From: Nitrospinales bacterium
GTDB taxonomy: Bacteria; Nitrospinota; Nitrospinia; Nitrospinales; VA-1
Reading direction: 5' to 3'
DNA: 64,000 nucleotides
NCBI GenBank assembly: GCA_965223795.1
Contig: CBDCXL010000002.1
Span: forward strand, 1,600,001 to 1,664,000
The notes below the pieces were generated by a model that had not been told where the DNA came from, did not search any database, and was given only the letters and a program-made list of their open reading frames with translations. The position numbers and the translations under genes are program-made. Below, one piece after another: positions 1-8,184 of the stretch. Position 1 is the stretch's first letter. Every line of letters starts with the position of its first letter.

Positions 1-273
1 ACCCTCGAACGTGGGATCGAGACAGTGGATGGCCTTGTCCGCGCCCATGGCCAGCCCGGCGCGCAGCGTGTCCTTGAATCCTTCCGGCCCGAGGCTGATG
101 AGGGTGATTTCGCTGTCCGGCTTGCGCTCGCGGATGCGGATCGCTTCCTCGACCGCGAACTCATCGTACGGGTTCATGACGCGCGGGCTTCCCGCACCGT
201 CGATGGCGCCGTCCTTGATGCTGATTTTCGCGGCGGTGTCCAGCACCTGTTTGACACAAACGACGATCTGCAT
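1..273 (-). CDS. etfB: Electron transfer flavoprotein beta subunit (5' part; runs off window)
   Basis: Manual translation of minus strand from ATG at 273: MQIVVCVKQVLDT...VMNPYDEFAVEEAIRIRE...LRAGLAMGADKAIH, typical EtfB/FixA N-terminus. Confidence 0.93.
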   Translation of the reverse strand, partial: MQIVVCVKQVLDTAAKISIKDGAIDGAGSPRVMNPYDEFAVEEAIRIRERKPDSEITLISLGPEGFKDTLRAGLAMGADKAIHCLDPTFEG

Positions 274-390
274 GGCTCGCTCACATAGGGTGTTTCATCG
301 AGCGGGCATTATCGCATCGTTGCACAAAAATGAAAAGGCGGCAGAGAATAATGAGGGGAATTGCAATGCAAAGGGGAGGGGTTCGGCGGC

Positions 391-407
391 TGTTTCACGG
401 TGAAACA
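391..407. promoter_or_regulatory. parS-like palindrome with one extra central base
   Basis: TGTTTCAC-G-GTGAAACA versus consensus parS TGTTTCACGTGAAACA; intergenic, ~10 kb from oriC. Confidence 0.45.
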
Positions 408-412
408 GGGCA

Positions 413-760
413 TCACAACTGGCGGGCGATCTTCTTGAGCGCAGCCTGGATGTGATCGGCCACGGCCTGGCTGCTGATTTTCATGGCTTTGGCGGCGCGG
501 TTTTTGCGGACGCCGCCGAAAAACACCAGGCTCACGGCGATCAGCTGCTTGTCGGTCAGACCGAGGCCACTGAGATCCAGGTGGAGGCCCTGCAAATGGG
601 AAAACTCCTTGCGGGGACGATATTCCCCTTGCGGAGATGAAAGGAACGCGGAATCGTTCATGGAAGCGATCACCTCCGGGGGCAAATAACGCAGGTTCGA
701 ATCCCAGCCGCCCTCTCCTTCTCCCGCGCGATCGGATTTTTGCGCATCAACGGATTTCAT
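413..760 (-). CDS. Sigma-70 region 4-like HTH DNA-binding protein (putative late activator/antiterminator)
   Basis: C-terminus LTDKQLIAVSLVFFGGVRKNRAAKAMKISSQAVADHIQAALKKI; ATG at 760 overlaps the end of the upstream gene. Confidence 0.7.
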   Translation of the reverse strand: MKSVDAQKSDRAGEGEGGWDSNLRYLPPEVIASMNDSAFLSSPQGEYRPRKEFSHLQGLHLDLSGLGLTDKQLIAVSLVFFGGVRKNRAAKAMKISSQAVADHIQAALKKIARQL

Positions 761-1181
761 GATCGATTCCCATTCGTTCCAGATACTGTTTGAACTCGAA
801 CTCATCGTACAACACAAAATACAAAAACCATTTCGGCGGATGGACTTCCATCAGATCGCGTTTCAGCGCTGCGGGCAGCGCATCGGCCGGCCCGGTGACC
901 GGAACGCCGTTGACAAAATGCCTGTCCTGCTGGCTCATCACGCGCCAGTATTCCCGCGCCGTCTTGAAATGAAACCACAGGACATCGAGCGGCAGGTCCT
1001 TCTGGTACACGTAATTTCCGCAGTAAAAGCAGCTCCATCCGGCCTGTCCCGGAACCAGCCCCACCCTGCCGCAGCCGCGCCTTAAGGTTTCCCCGCTTTC
1101 CAGCGCAATGTCCCGCTCCCGGCACAACAGCCAGGCACTGCGGTTGAATTGCGGGCGCTGTGACTGCCTCACGATCCGCAT
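747..1181 (-). CDS. Hypothetical protein with CxxC-type Zn-binding motifs
   Basis: GCGRVG...WSCFYCGNY; overlaps neighbours in a compact operon. Confidence 0.6.
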   Translation of the reverse strand: MRIVRQSQRPQFNRSAWLLCRERDIALESGETLRRGCGRVGLVPGQAGWSCFYCGNYVYQKDLPLDVLWFHFKTAREYWRVMSQQDRHFVNGVPVTGPADALPAALKRDLMEVHPPKWFLYFVLYDEFEFKQYLERMGIDHEIR

Positions 1182-2599
1182 CGCACATCCTCCTTAAACC
1201 GCGCCCTGCTTATTGAAGATGCTGGTGCACAGGCATCGCCCGAAATTGTGCGGATTCCATGCAGCCGGAATCCATACAGCGAGTCGGTATCGCTCATACA
1301 GGTAGAATTGGTGATGAGCGCCTGATCGATCCAGCCGTTTTGTTTGAGTTGCGACACCATCTTGAGCAGGCGCATCAGCGAGGCGCGGGGCAGGGTTTCC
1401 GTGCTCAAGCGCAACAAGCGAAATGCAGGCATTCCCCTTCGTGTGCGCAGGCGAGACAATCTGCAAAGCAGCGCCGCGGTCAGAGCGGCGGCGCAAAGAA
1501 GGCGGGATGCGGGACCCAATGTGTCCAGGGGATGAAACCGGCCGTGCCGGCACAAGCCAAAATGCATGCGCGCGCCCCGGGTCTCGATCATGAACCGCAG
1601 ATCGCTTGCGGTGGAACACAGTGCATTCCCGGTTTCTTCTTCCATGGCGCTAATGAAAGACGATTGGATCTCTCCGGAGATTCCCTTGAGCCCCAGGGAG
1701 TCGGCGACCGCGCGGGTGATGCGGCGTTTTAATTCGAACTGCTTCCATTCATCCTTGAGAGCGGGCGCACGATCCGCCAAGCCGATTTCTTTCAGATACG
1801 CTCTCGCGGCGGAACGCCTGTGGACGGCCGAATTCAACGATTCGATCGATTTGCCAAGACGCCGTTGAATTCTCTCCATATTTTCCAATGAGGATATCGA
1901 TTCGGACCAGAACGACAACGCCTCATCCACAATCTGCGTGACGCTCCCTGCAAATTCAGGATCGGATTCAAACATGCGTTGTCTCACGATTCCGGTCCGA
2001 CAAACCGGTGGGCCCTCATGAGCCATCCGCAATGCAGGGAAAACGGGCACCGGATCATTAAGCGCCCGGTAAGAGCGCTTTTCTCCATAGAAGCGTTTGA
2101 AAGTCCAGACTAGAATCTTTTCGCGTACAACTTGTTTGGGTAGGCATTCTTCGGGAAGAGTGTAGGGGAAAAACCAGTCTGGTTTGTTCTTGACTGGAAA
2201 CCCGGAGGGATCAACCGGAAGCACCGGGATCACCTCACCCAGATTGCACTGGATCCAGCGCCGGCTTTCCTCCCGGCTCCGGCGAATTCCATTGATACGG
2301 ATGTGCTGCCTGTCTCCCCTCTCTGTTTCGGAGCGGTAAGTCCGCTGCACCTGGAATCGATTCCCATTCAATTCCCAACCGGTTTCAAGACGCACTTCAT
2401 TTGAATGCGCAAATCGCACAACGTCGCACTCAAGCCGCGGCCGGGCGGGCATCGTTCCCAGAAGACACAACGACAGCGCTTCGAATACGGCGGATTGGAC
2501 CGCCCCGTTGCCGCCTTTCGATGCGATCAAATCGAGTCCGGAAAGCTTGAGATGAAATGTAAAACCTTTGAACCCCTCTGCCTTGATTTCTTGCAGCAT
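1169..2599 (-). CDS. SMC/SbcC(Rad50)-like protein with degenerate ATPase motifs
   Basis: MLQEIKAEGFKG N-terminus, Walker A-like GGNGAVQS, central helical region, degenerate signature/Walker B (LDTLGPAS; LLRLSTE) and QALITNS. Confidence 0.6.
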   Translation of the reverse strand: MLQEIKAEGFKGFTFHLKLSGLDLIASKGGNGAVQSAVFEALSLCLLGTMPARPRLECDVVRFAHSNEVRLETGWELNGNRFQVQRTYRSETERGDRQHIRINGIRRSREESRRWIQCNLGEVIPVLPVDPSGFPVKNKPDWFFPYTLPEECLPKQVVREKILVWTFKRFYGEKRSYRALNDPVPVFPALRMAHEGPPVCRTGIVRQRMFESDPEFAGSVTQIVDEALSFWSESISSLENMERIQRRLGKSIESLNSAVHRRSAARAYLKEIGLADRAPALKDEWKQFELKRRITRAVADSLGLKGISGEIQSSFISAMEEETGNALCSTASDLRFMIETRGARMHFGLCRHGRFHPLDTLGPASRLLCAAALTAALLCRLSRLRTRRGMPAFRLLRLSTETLPRASLMRLLKMVSQLKQNGWIDQALITNSTCMSDTDSLYGFRLHGIRTISGDACAPASSISRARFKEDVRCGS

Positions 2600-2637
2600 G
2601 CATCCATCCCTGTAGTTGGCATTCAAAGCAAATGAAA

Positions 2638-2734
2638 TGCTATAATCGGGCGGCGAAAACGGCTCACCGGGAGGGGGGAGCGCCTTTCGTCCCCTCTCGA
2701 CAACCATAATGGGACATTTGTCCCCTTCTGTCAA
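2638..2734. promoter_or_regulatory. Face-to-face promoters with palindromic operator
   Basis: Minus strand TTGACA(2734-2729)-17 bp-CATTAT(2711-2706) overlapping GGGACATTTGTCCC (2711-2724); plus strand extended -10 TGCTATAAT (2638-2646). Confidence 0.55.
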
Positions 2735-2754
2735 GTTCTATTTTTCTTTTTTTA

Positions 2755-3642
2755 ATGCCTCTTCAGGATGTGTGGGACAGAATTTCGCTGCTTCAGGAGG
2801 GCGAACCGCTCACGGTCTTCTGTCGCAAGGTGGACCTGAATTACCAGGCGATGAAAAAGAGTTCGCAGAGAAAGACCGCTCCGGACACGCAATCTCTTGA
2901 AAAAATTGCGAGTTTTTTTCACGCCGATCTGCGCTGGCTGGTGACGGGGGAGAAAAGCACGACCCGGCTGGGTCTGCGGGCAGGGCGGAAACTGAAGGAG
3001 CTGAGGAAGAGCAGGGGATGGTCCGCCGATGAGCTGGCGGAGAAGCTTGCGCTGAATGCCGGGGTCCTCAAGATGTACGAAAAGGGAATCGGGCAGATCC
3101 CGCTCGATCTGTTGAACGAATTAGCGAAAAAACTGGGAGCCCCGCCGCACGAGTTTTTGCTGGAAGGGGAGTCGCAGCCGGTGCGGAGTCCGGAATTCAA
3201 AGTCATTCAGGCAGGCAGCGCAAAACACGCCATGACATTGAACGAGGAAGATTTCGTGTCCATTCCGTTGACCGGTTCGGCCATAGCCGCGGGCCAGCCC
3301 ATCATCCAGGAAGAAGCGATCGAGGACTATGTGCTGCTGCATGTACGCGCCGTCGGGAGAAGAAAAAATCTGGTGGCCAGCCGGGTGGACGGTTCATCCA
3401 TGGAGCCGATGCTGCAATCGGGAGACATTGTGGTGATCGACCGCAACGATAAAAAAATACTCAAAAACCGCATCTATGCTATCTTCTTTGAAGACGGCCT
3501 CACCGCCAAGTACGCCGAAAAGAGAAAGGACCTTCTCATTCTGCGTCCCGTCAATCCCAACGCCCAGGTTCAAATCGTCTCATTGAAGGAACATCCCGAT
3601 CCCGTGGTGGGGAGGATCATCGGTGCGTGGAAGGAATTCTGA
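2755..3642 (+). CDS. CI/LexA-like repressor: tandem XRE HTH domains plus S24 peptidase
   Basis: HTH segments (...LRWLVTGE; LKELRKSRGWSADELAEKL...), Ala-Gly cleavage site IAAG, catalytic Ser in VDGSSMEP, Lys in LTAK, PVVGRII end. Confidence 0.9.
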   Translation: MPLQDVWDRISLLQEGEPLTVFCRKVDLNYQAMKKSSQRKTAPDTQSLEKIASFFHADLRWLVTGEKSTTRLGLRAGRKLKELRKSRGWSADELAEKLALNAGVLKMYEKGIGQIPLDLLNELAKKLGAPPHEFLLEGESQPVRSPEFKVIQAGSAKHAMTLNEEDFVSIPLTGSAIAAGQPIIQEEAIEDYVLLHVRAVGRRKNLVASRVDGSSMEPMLQSGDIVVIDRNDKKILKNRIYAIFFEDGLTAKYAEKRKDLLILRPVNPNAQVQIVSLKEHPDPVVGRIIGAWKEF

Positions 3643-3655
3643 ACCGTTCTGTTCC

Positions 3656-4105
3656 ATGAAAGACATCCCTCCTGAAAATCGCCCTCCCAGCAATAGCCTG
3701 AAAATACTGATCGCGGACGATGCGCCGCTCAATCTGCACCTGGCCAGCAAACTGCTCAAGCGCAAGGGGCATCAGGTGGTGGCGGTGGACAACGGCGCCG
3801 AGGCGATCGAGGCGCTGGAAAAGGAAGCGTTCGACGCGATCCTCATGGACATGCAGATGCCGGTGATGGACGGCATCGAAGCGACGCTGAAAATCCGCCA
3901 GTCGGAATCAAAGGGTCTGAAAACGAACCGCTCGGCACCGGGGAAAAAAATTCCCATCATTGCGCTCACCGCCAACGACGAAGGCGGTGCGCACAAAACC
4001 TGCCTGGATGCGGGGATGGACGGCGTGATCGCCAAACCCATCGAAGTCAAAACCCTGATGGACACCATCACCGCGATCATCGAAAAATCGAAGTCGTCCC
4101 CCTGA
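3656..4105 (+). CDS. Single-domain response regulator (receiver)
   Basis: ILIADD, ILMDMQMPVMDG, PIIALTA, AKP motifs. Confidence 0.9.
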   Translation: MKDIPPENRPPSNSLKILIADDAPLNLHLASKLLKRKGHQVVAVDNGAEAIEALEKEAFDAILMDMQMPVMDGIEATLKIRQSESKGLKTNRSAPGKKIPIIALTANDEGGAHKTCLDAGMDGVIAKPIEVKTLMDTITAIIEKSKSSP

Positions 4106-4150
4106 TACCCTACCCGCGTCATTGCTTCATTTAAAATGATGGGGCGATGC

Positions 4151-4399
4151 TCACTGCATTGTGTGGATCCTTCCGTCCCGCTGGTGGGATTCCACAAGCG
4201 ACTCGATCTTGTCTATCTGCTTCTGCTGGGTTCCCAGCATCGTGTGGTATTGAACGATTTCCGACCGCACGTCGCTCAACCCCTGCATCGTTTTGATTTC
4301 CAGGCCGTCGATCTTGTTGTCGATCCACAAAGCGGCACCGATGAGGGTGATGACCATGGCGATGCTCACTCCCGTTTCGCGTGTGATTTTATCTTGCAT
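4151..4399 (-). CDS. Small membrane protein with coiled coil (phage-associated)
   Basis: One N-terminal TM helix (VSIAMVITLIGAALWI), coiled-coil tail, RBS GAGGG; last gene of late operon. Confidence 0.6.
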   Translation of the reverse strand: MQDKITRETGVSIAMVITLIGAALWIDNKIDGLEIKTMQGLSDVRSEIVQYHTMLGTQQKQIDKIESLVESHQRDGRIHTMQ

Positions 4400-4438
4400 G
4401 CCGCCCTCTGATCGTATTCAAGCAATCGCCAAACTGCG

Positions 4439-4993
4439 TCAGCACGTCTGCCAGCCTGCTTTGGTGCCCGAGCCGTTCGACTTCAGGCATTCCCCTGACG
4501 ATCCCTCTCCGAATCCCATATTGTATTCATCGGCGCGGATGCCGCTTGTGGAACCCGCGCTGTTGCGGTACACGTTGCCCCAGCGCTGCACGTTCGCCGT
4601 GCTGCCGGTGATCGGCGGCGTGTCCGCCTCGGAACCGGCTCCCACCAGCTCCAGAAAGGTGTTGCCCGACAGGTAAAGGTAGGCGAGCGCAGATTCGATG
4701 AACTCGAATTTTCCCTGCAGCGGATTGGGCCTTTCCATCAGCCGCAGCACCGGGTGGTCCGGAATTTCCCTGCGGCCGCCGTCGGGCAGGCGCCGGAACA
4801 GCTGCCAGCAAACACTGGCGGCGGCTTCGGCGATCTCTTTCACGCAGGCGAACACCACGCTGTTCTGGGTGAAGCCTTCTTTGGCCAGGGACACGAAATC
4901 CCCTCTCGGGGCCACGCCCTGATTCAGGGGAAAGTAAAGCGTCAGCGCCCGATGGACGGCGGATTGTTTTTTAAACCAGTTGAATAGTTTCAT
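4439..4993 (-). CDS. Truncated HK97-family portal N-terminus fused to an unrelated tail-fibre-like C-terminus
   Basis: SLAKEGFTQNSVVFACVKEIAEAAAS...HPVLRLMERPNPLQ...LYLSGNTFLE is portal N-terminus; only 184 aa, ending GECLKSNGSGTKAGWQTC. Confidence 0.75.
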   Translation of the reverse strand: MKLFNWFKKQSAVHRALTLYFPLNQGVAPRGDFVSLAKEGFTQNSVVFACVKEIAEAAASVCWQLFRRLPDGGRREIPDHPVLRLMERPNPLQGKFEFIESALAYLYLSGNTFLELVGAGSEADTPPITGSTANVQRWGNVYRNSAGSTSGIRADEYNMGFGEGSSGECLKSNGSGTKAGWQTC

Positions 4994-5038
4994 GGGTTCC
5001 TGTGCCGGTTCTGCCTGCCCGGTTGTGCTTCTGTCCGC

Positions 5039-6640
5039 TCAGCCGATACGGCGGATCCTGGGTCCGTCGGCGCCGCGGGAAATCAGGCCGAACAGCATTT
5101 CCAGCGCGTCGGGACCGTCGTCGTGACTGGCCTTGGGAAAGTATTTGAGTTGATCCAGCAGCAGCCGGTCCTGCCTCCTGAAGCGGATGACCCCGTTCTT
5201 GATATGGGGCTGCAGTCTGGAGATCCTCAGGGTTTTGTCACTGTGCGGGCGCACGCCCTCGACGGGAAGGTAGATACCCCGCCGGGCCGCTTCCTTGACG
5301 ATCTGGTCTTTGAACAGCTCTTGAAACTGCACGGCCTCCACGGCGATGCGGGTGAACGGGAAGCGCGTGTGATGATCGATCAAATCTTCCAGAATCTGAT
5401 CGGGGTGCCGTTTCCGGATGTCGGCTTCGAGCACGTCGATGTGCCCGTCGTCCCGCACCAGCGCGTAAACGATGGCGGAGGGATCGGAAGTTCTGGACGC
5501 GCCGCCCATCGAAGGATCGACGGCGCAGTAGACTGGCCCGCGCTCGTCCTGCTTGAGCGGCGCGGTGTCTTCCCAGTACTGGAACCAGGCTTCCTGAAAC
5601 AGGCAGTCCTCCGGGTTGATGGGCTCGTTCTGCTTTTCCGAGTCGAAAAACGCCGGCCCGTCGGAGACGCGCATTTTCATCAGGTAGTGATAATCCTCCA
5701 CTTGCGGCCACAGGACCCGGGTGCCGGCAAGCATTTCTTTTTCATGCGCAAAGAAAAAGGCGTCGGCGCGTTGTTCCGCATCGCCGCGCCCCGCAAGGGC
5801 AAACAGACTTTCCCAGGTCTGCCAAAGCGGTGAGGCGGAATGGGAAAGGATGGCCTGCCATTTTTTTCCTTTCCACCCCGGCTGCGTCAACAGCCTGGAA
5901 AGCAGGGAATCGTAATGCAGCAGAGTGCCGATGACGATGTAGACCGTCCCGGCGGCGCCGCTTTTCATGACGGCCTTGAAAAACCATTTGCGGTCCTTTT
6001 CTCTCTGTTCCGGGGAGTCGACCTGCTCGTCGTTTTCCAGATCGTCCAGGATCATCAGATCCGGGCGGCGGCTGCCGAACCGGGCGCCGCGCAGCCGTTT
6101 TCGTTTGCCCCAGCAGGTGACTTTCACTCCATTGCGGGTGATGATTTTTCCGACTTTCCACGTCGGCCCTTTTCCGCAAGCGGTCTTAAAATCCGCGTGC
6201 AGCCGTTCGTTCACTTCCAGTTCGGCCTTGATCGATTCCAGAAACTCTTCCGCCTGTTCGGTGGTGTCCGAGATCACACCGATGAATCGGCGATGCCCGT
6301 AAACGATGCACCAGAGCGGCAGGATCAGCGTGGTCACGGTGGATTTGGCGTGGCCGCGTGGGGCGGCGTGCGCCTCCTTGCCTCCTTTGCCGCTGGCTTG
6401 CGCCGTCAGGATCAGGCTCTGAAACCGGGAGTACAAAGCATCGTGCATGGGCGAAGATTTCGCCGTCAGGTGATGCGGGAAATAGGTCTCGGCAAAAAAC
6501 TTCAGTTCGTTTTGGGCACGGGCGATCCTTTCTTCCTTGTGTTTCTGCGAACCACGGCCGAAGGGGGTGACCGCCGCCCGGATGAGGTGGCGGATTTCAT
6601 GATATCCACGGTCCAGCCGGTTTCTTCTGGATGCATCCAT
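5039..6640 (-). CDS. terL: Phage terminase large subunit
   Basis: Walker A APRGHAKST, Walker B RPDLMILDDLE, motif III IGT, nuclease AVDPS and HDDGPDALE. Confidence 0.92.
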   Translation of the reverse strand: MDASRRNRLDRGYHEIRHLIRAAVTPFGRGSQKHKEERIARAQNELKFFAETYFPHHLTAKSSPMHDALYSRFQSLILTAQASGKGGKEAHAAPRGHAKSTVTTLILPLWCIVYGHRRFIGVISDTTEQAEEFLESIKAELEVNERLHADFKTACGKGPTWKVGKIITRNGVKVTCWGKRKRLRGARFGSRRPDLMILDDLENDEQVDSPEQREKDRKWFFKAVMKSGAAGTVYIVIGTLLHYDSLLSRLLTQPGWKGKKWQAILSHSASPLWQTWESLFALAGRGDAEQRADAFFFAHEKEMLAGTRVLWPQVEDYHYLMKMRVSDGPAFFDSEKQNEPINPEDCLFQEAWFQYWEDTAPLKQDERGPVYCAVDPSMGGASRTSDPSAIVYALVRDDGHIDVLEADIRKRHPDQILEDLIDHHTRFPFTRIAVEAVQFQELFKDQIVKEAARRGIYLPVEGVRPHSDKTLRISRLQPHIKNGVIRFRRQDRLLLDQLKYFPKASHDDGPDALEMLFGLISRGADGPRIRRIG

Positions 6641-6960
6641 TTCCGCCTGACTCGTTCTCCGATCTCATCCAGGCAGCTTCCCAGGTTTTCCGCCGCGGCC
6701 GTTTCCCCTTTTTCGATCAATGTCGAAACGGTGGTTTTTAAAAACTCGATCAACAACAATTCGGGGTCGAGCGCCCTGGACTGGATCATGGCTTTGTGGA
6801 TGTCGATGATCTTGCCGGCATAGGTGCAGTGCATGCGGTGCGCCTGCAGGTTTTCCGGAGACTGCCGGATGATTTTTATAAGAAGGTTTTTTCCTTCGGT
6901 CAGCTCGGCAAGCAAGGTCTCCTGCAGATCGTCATCTCCCGAAGGGTTTCGTTTTGCCAT
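6502..6960 (-). CDS. Hypothetical protein, putative terminase small subunit
   Basis: Helical ORF immediately upstream of and overlapping terL; function inferred from position. Confidence 0.45.
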   Translation of the reverse strand: MAKRNPSGDDDLQETLLAELTEGKNLLIKIIRQSPENLQAHRMHCTYAGKIIDIHKAMIQSRALDPELLLIEFLKTTVSTLIEKGETAAAENLGSCLDEIGERVRRKWMHPEETGWTVDIMKSATSSGRRSPPSAVVRRNTRKKGSPVPKTN

Positions 6961-7060
6961 GTTGAGAAGGTCTGCCGTTATCCAGCTGCCCGTCATCCTG
7001 AGTGAGGCTTAGGGCGGGGTCTTTTTCAATCAGGTAAAAGCCGTCCCTGGGAACCCGCAG

Positions 7061-7345
7061 CTAGCGGGCATCCGCATCAGCACAGGGCCGCCCCAGAGGA
7101 ACGAACTCGAGCAACGCGCGGTACACGCGATAGTCCACGCTGCCGTCCTGATCGCGGTCGTAGCCGAAGACGATCTGCCGGGTGGGCAGTGTTTCAATCA
7201 ACACGATGTCCTCAAAGGGCGGCTCACCATCGAGAGCGACCGCATCGGAAACGCAAAAGACCGGGCTGCCTACCGTAAGCACCGGCGCGATCACGAGGGC
7301 CGCCTTAAAATTGCGTCGAATCCATTTCGAAAGTGAAAACATCAT
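7061..7345 (-). CDS. Hypothetical exported protein (EF-hand-like DRDQDGSVD loop), possibly prematurely terminated
   Basis: Signal-like N-terminus; frame stays open 42 more codons past the TAG. Confidence 0.45.
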   Translation of the reverse strand: MMFSLSKWIRRNFKAALVIAPVLTVGSPVFCVSDAVALDGEPPFEDIVLIETLPTRQIVFGYDRDQDGSVDYRVYRALLEFVPLGRPCADADAR

Positions 7346-7352
7346 GGCACGC

Positions 7353-7643
7353 TCAATCCCTGCATTCCTGCTGATTGATCCTGCGGATCACGCACCAGTG
7401 CTTGAAGTTGACGGACTCCAGCCGAATCACGTACGCGCGCAGGGCCTGGTAGTCGGCATTGTGCAAACAACGGTCGCCGTTGCCCGGACGTTTCCAGACG
7501 ATGTCCGGGAACCGGCCCGCCGCGTAGGTAGGAAAACCCGCGCCCGCATCAGGAGCGGTCGCGCAGCCAGGGTTCATCGACACGATCAGGATCCATGCCG
7601 TCGTCTTTATGGCCGCCCGCAAGCTGCTCAAGCATGCTTTCAT
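7353..7643 (-). CDS. Putative o-spanin (Rz1-like lipoprotein)
   Basis: Hydrophobic stretch plus lipobox-like NPGC, Pro/Cys-containing short mature region, overlaps upstream gene in another frame. Confidence 0.55.
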   Translation of the reverse strand: MKACLSSLRAAIKTTAWILIVSMNPGCATAPDAGAGFPTYAAGRFPDIVWKRPGNGDRCLHNADYQALRAYVIRLESVNFKHWCVIRRINQQECRD

Positions 7644-7821
7644 CTTCGATCCTCGATCGTTCGTTGAGTTCCCGGTACAGCGCTTCCTGTTTCAATTTGA
7701 CGTCGAGCTTTTCTTCGAGCCTGCCAGATTTTTTTGCCTGCATCCACACCCACCAACGCAGAAAGCCGCTCAATACGGCCAGGGCCGCACCGGCCCAAGC
7801 GAGGATGGTGAAGACGCTCAT
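7549..7821 (-). CDS. Putative i-spanin (Rz-like)
   Basis: N-terminal TM helix followed by charged coiled coil; follows holin. Confidence 0.55.
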   Translation of the reverse strand: MSVFTILAWAGAALAVLSGFLRWWVWMQAKKSGRLEEKLDVKLKQEALYRELNERSRIEDESMLEQLAGGHKDDGMDPDRVDEPWLRDRS

Positions 7822-7878
7822 GTCCGCACTCCCGCAATGCCGGTCTTTTGCTTGCGATGTCTCATGTCCGTTCAGGCG

Positions 7879-8088
7879 TCATTCTGCGGAATGGTGGTTT
7901 TTGTCGCCGTTTTTTGCGTGTCCCCGGGACAAAATGTAGGTGATGGCGGTGCCGATGCCGGCAGCCAGAAATTCGTTGCCCTGCTCGGTGAATCCATACC
8001 CCAAAGCAGAGGCGATCAGCGCGGCCACCGTGAGCCAGAATTCCGTGGTTTTGTATCCACGGTTCTGCTTTTTTTCGATCAGAGACAT
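7879..8088 (-). CDS. Putative phage holin
   Basis: 69 aa, GYKTTEFWL motif, two TM helices, charged C-terminus, directly after endolysin. Confidence 0.65.
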   Translation of the reverse strand: MSLIEKKQNRGYKTTEFWLTVAALIASALGYGFTEQGNEFLAAGIGTAITYILSRGHAKNGDKNHHSAE

Positions 8089-8184
8089 GAGACTTTGGGT
8101 CCTTTCGCTTTGGATGCCTGTCTGGAATCTCCCCGCTTTTTTCGTTGCCGGGCTCCGGGCTGGATCCGATTAATTCTTTAATAT

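Noticed and set aside
7919..7931. TGTCCCCGGGACA palindrome resembling operator half-sites
   Set aside because: Half-sites are in the opposite orientation and lie within the holin coding sequence; likely chance
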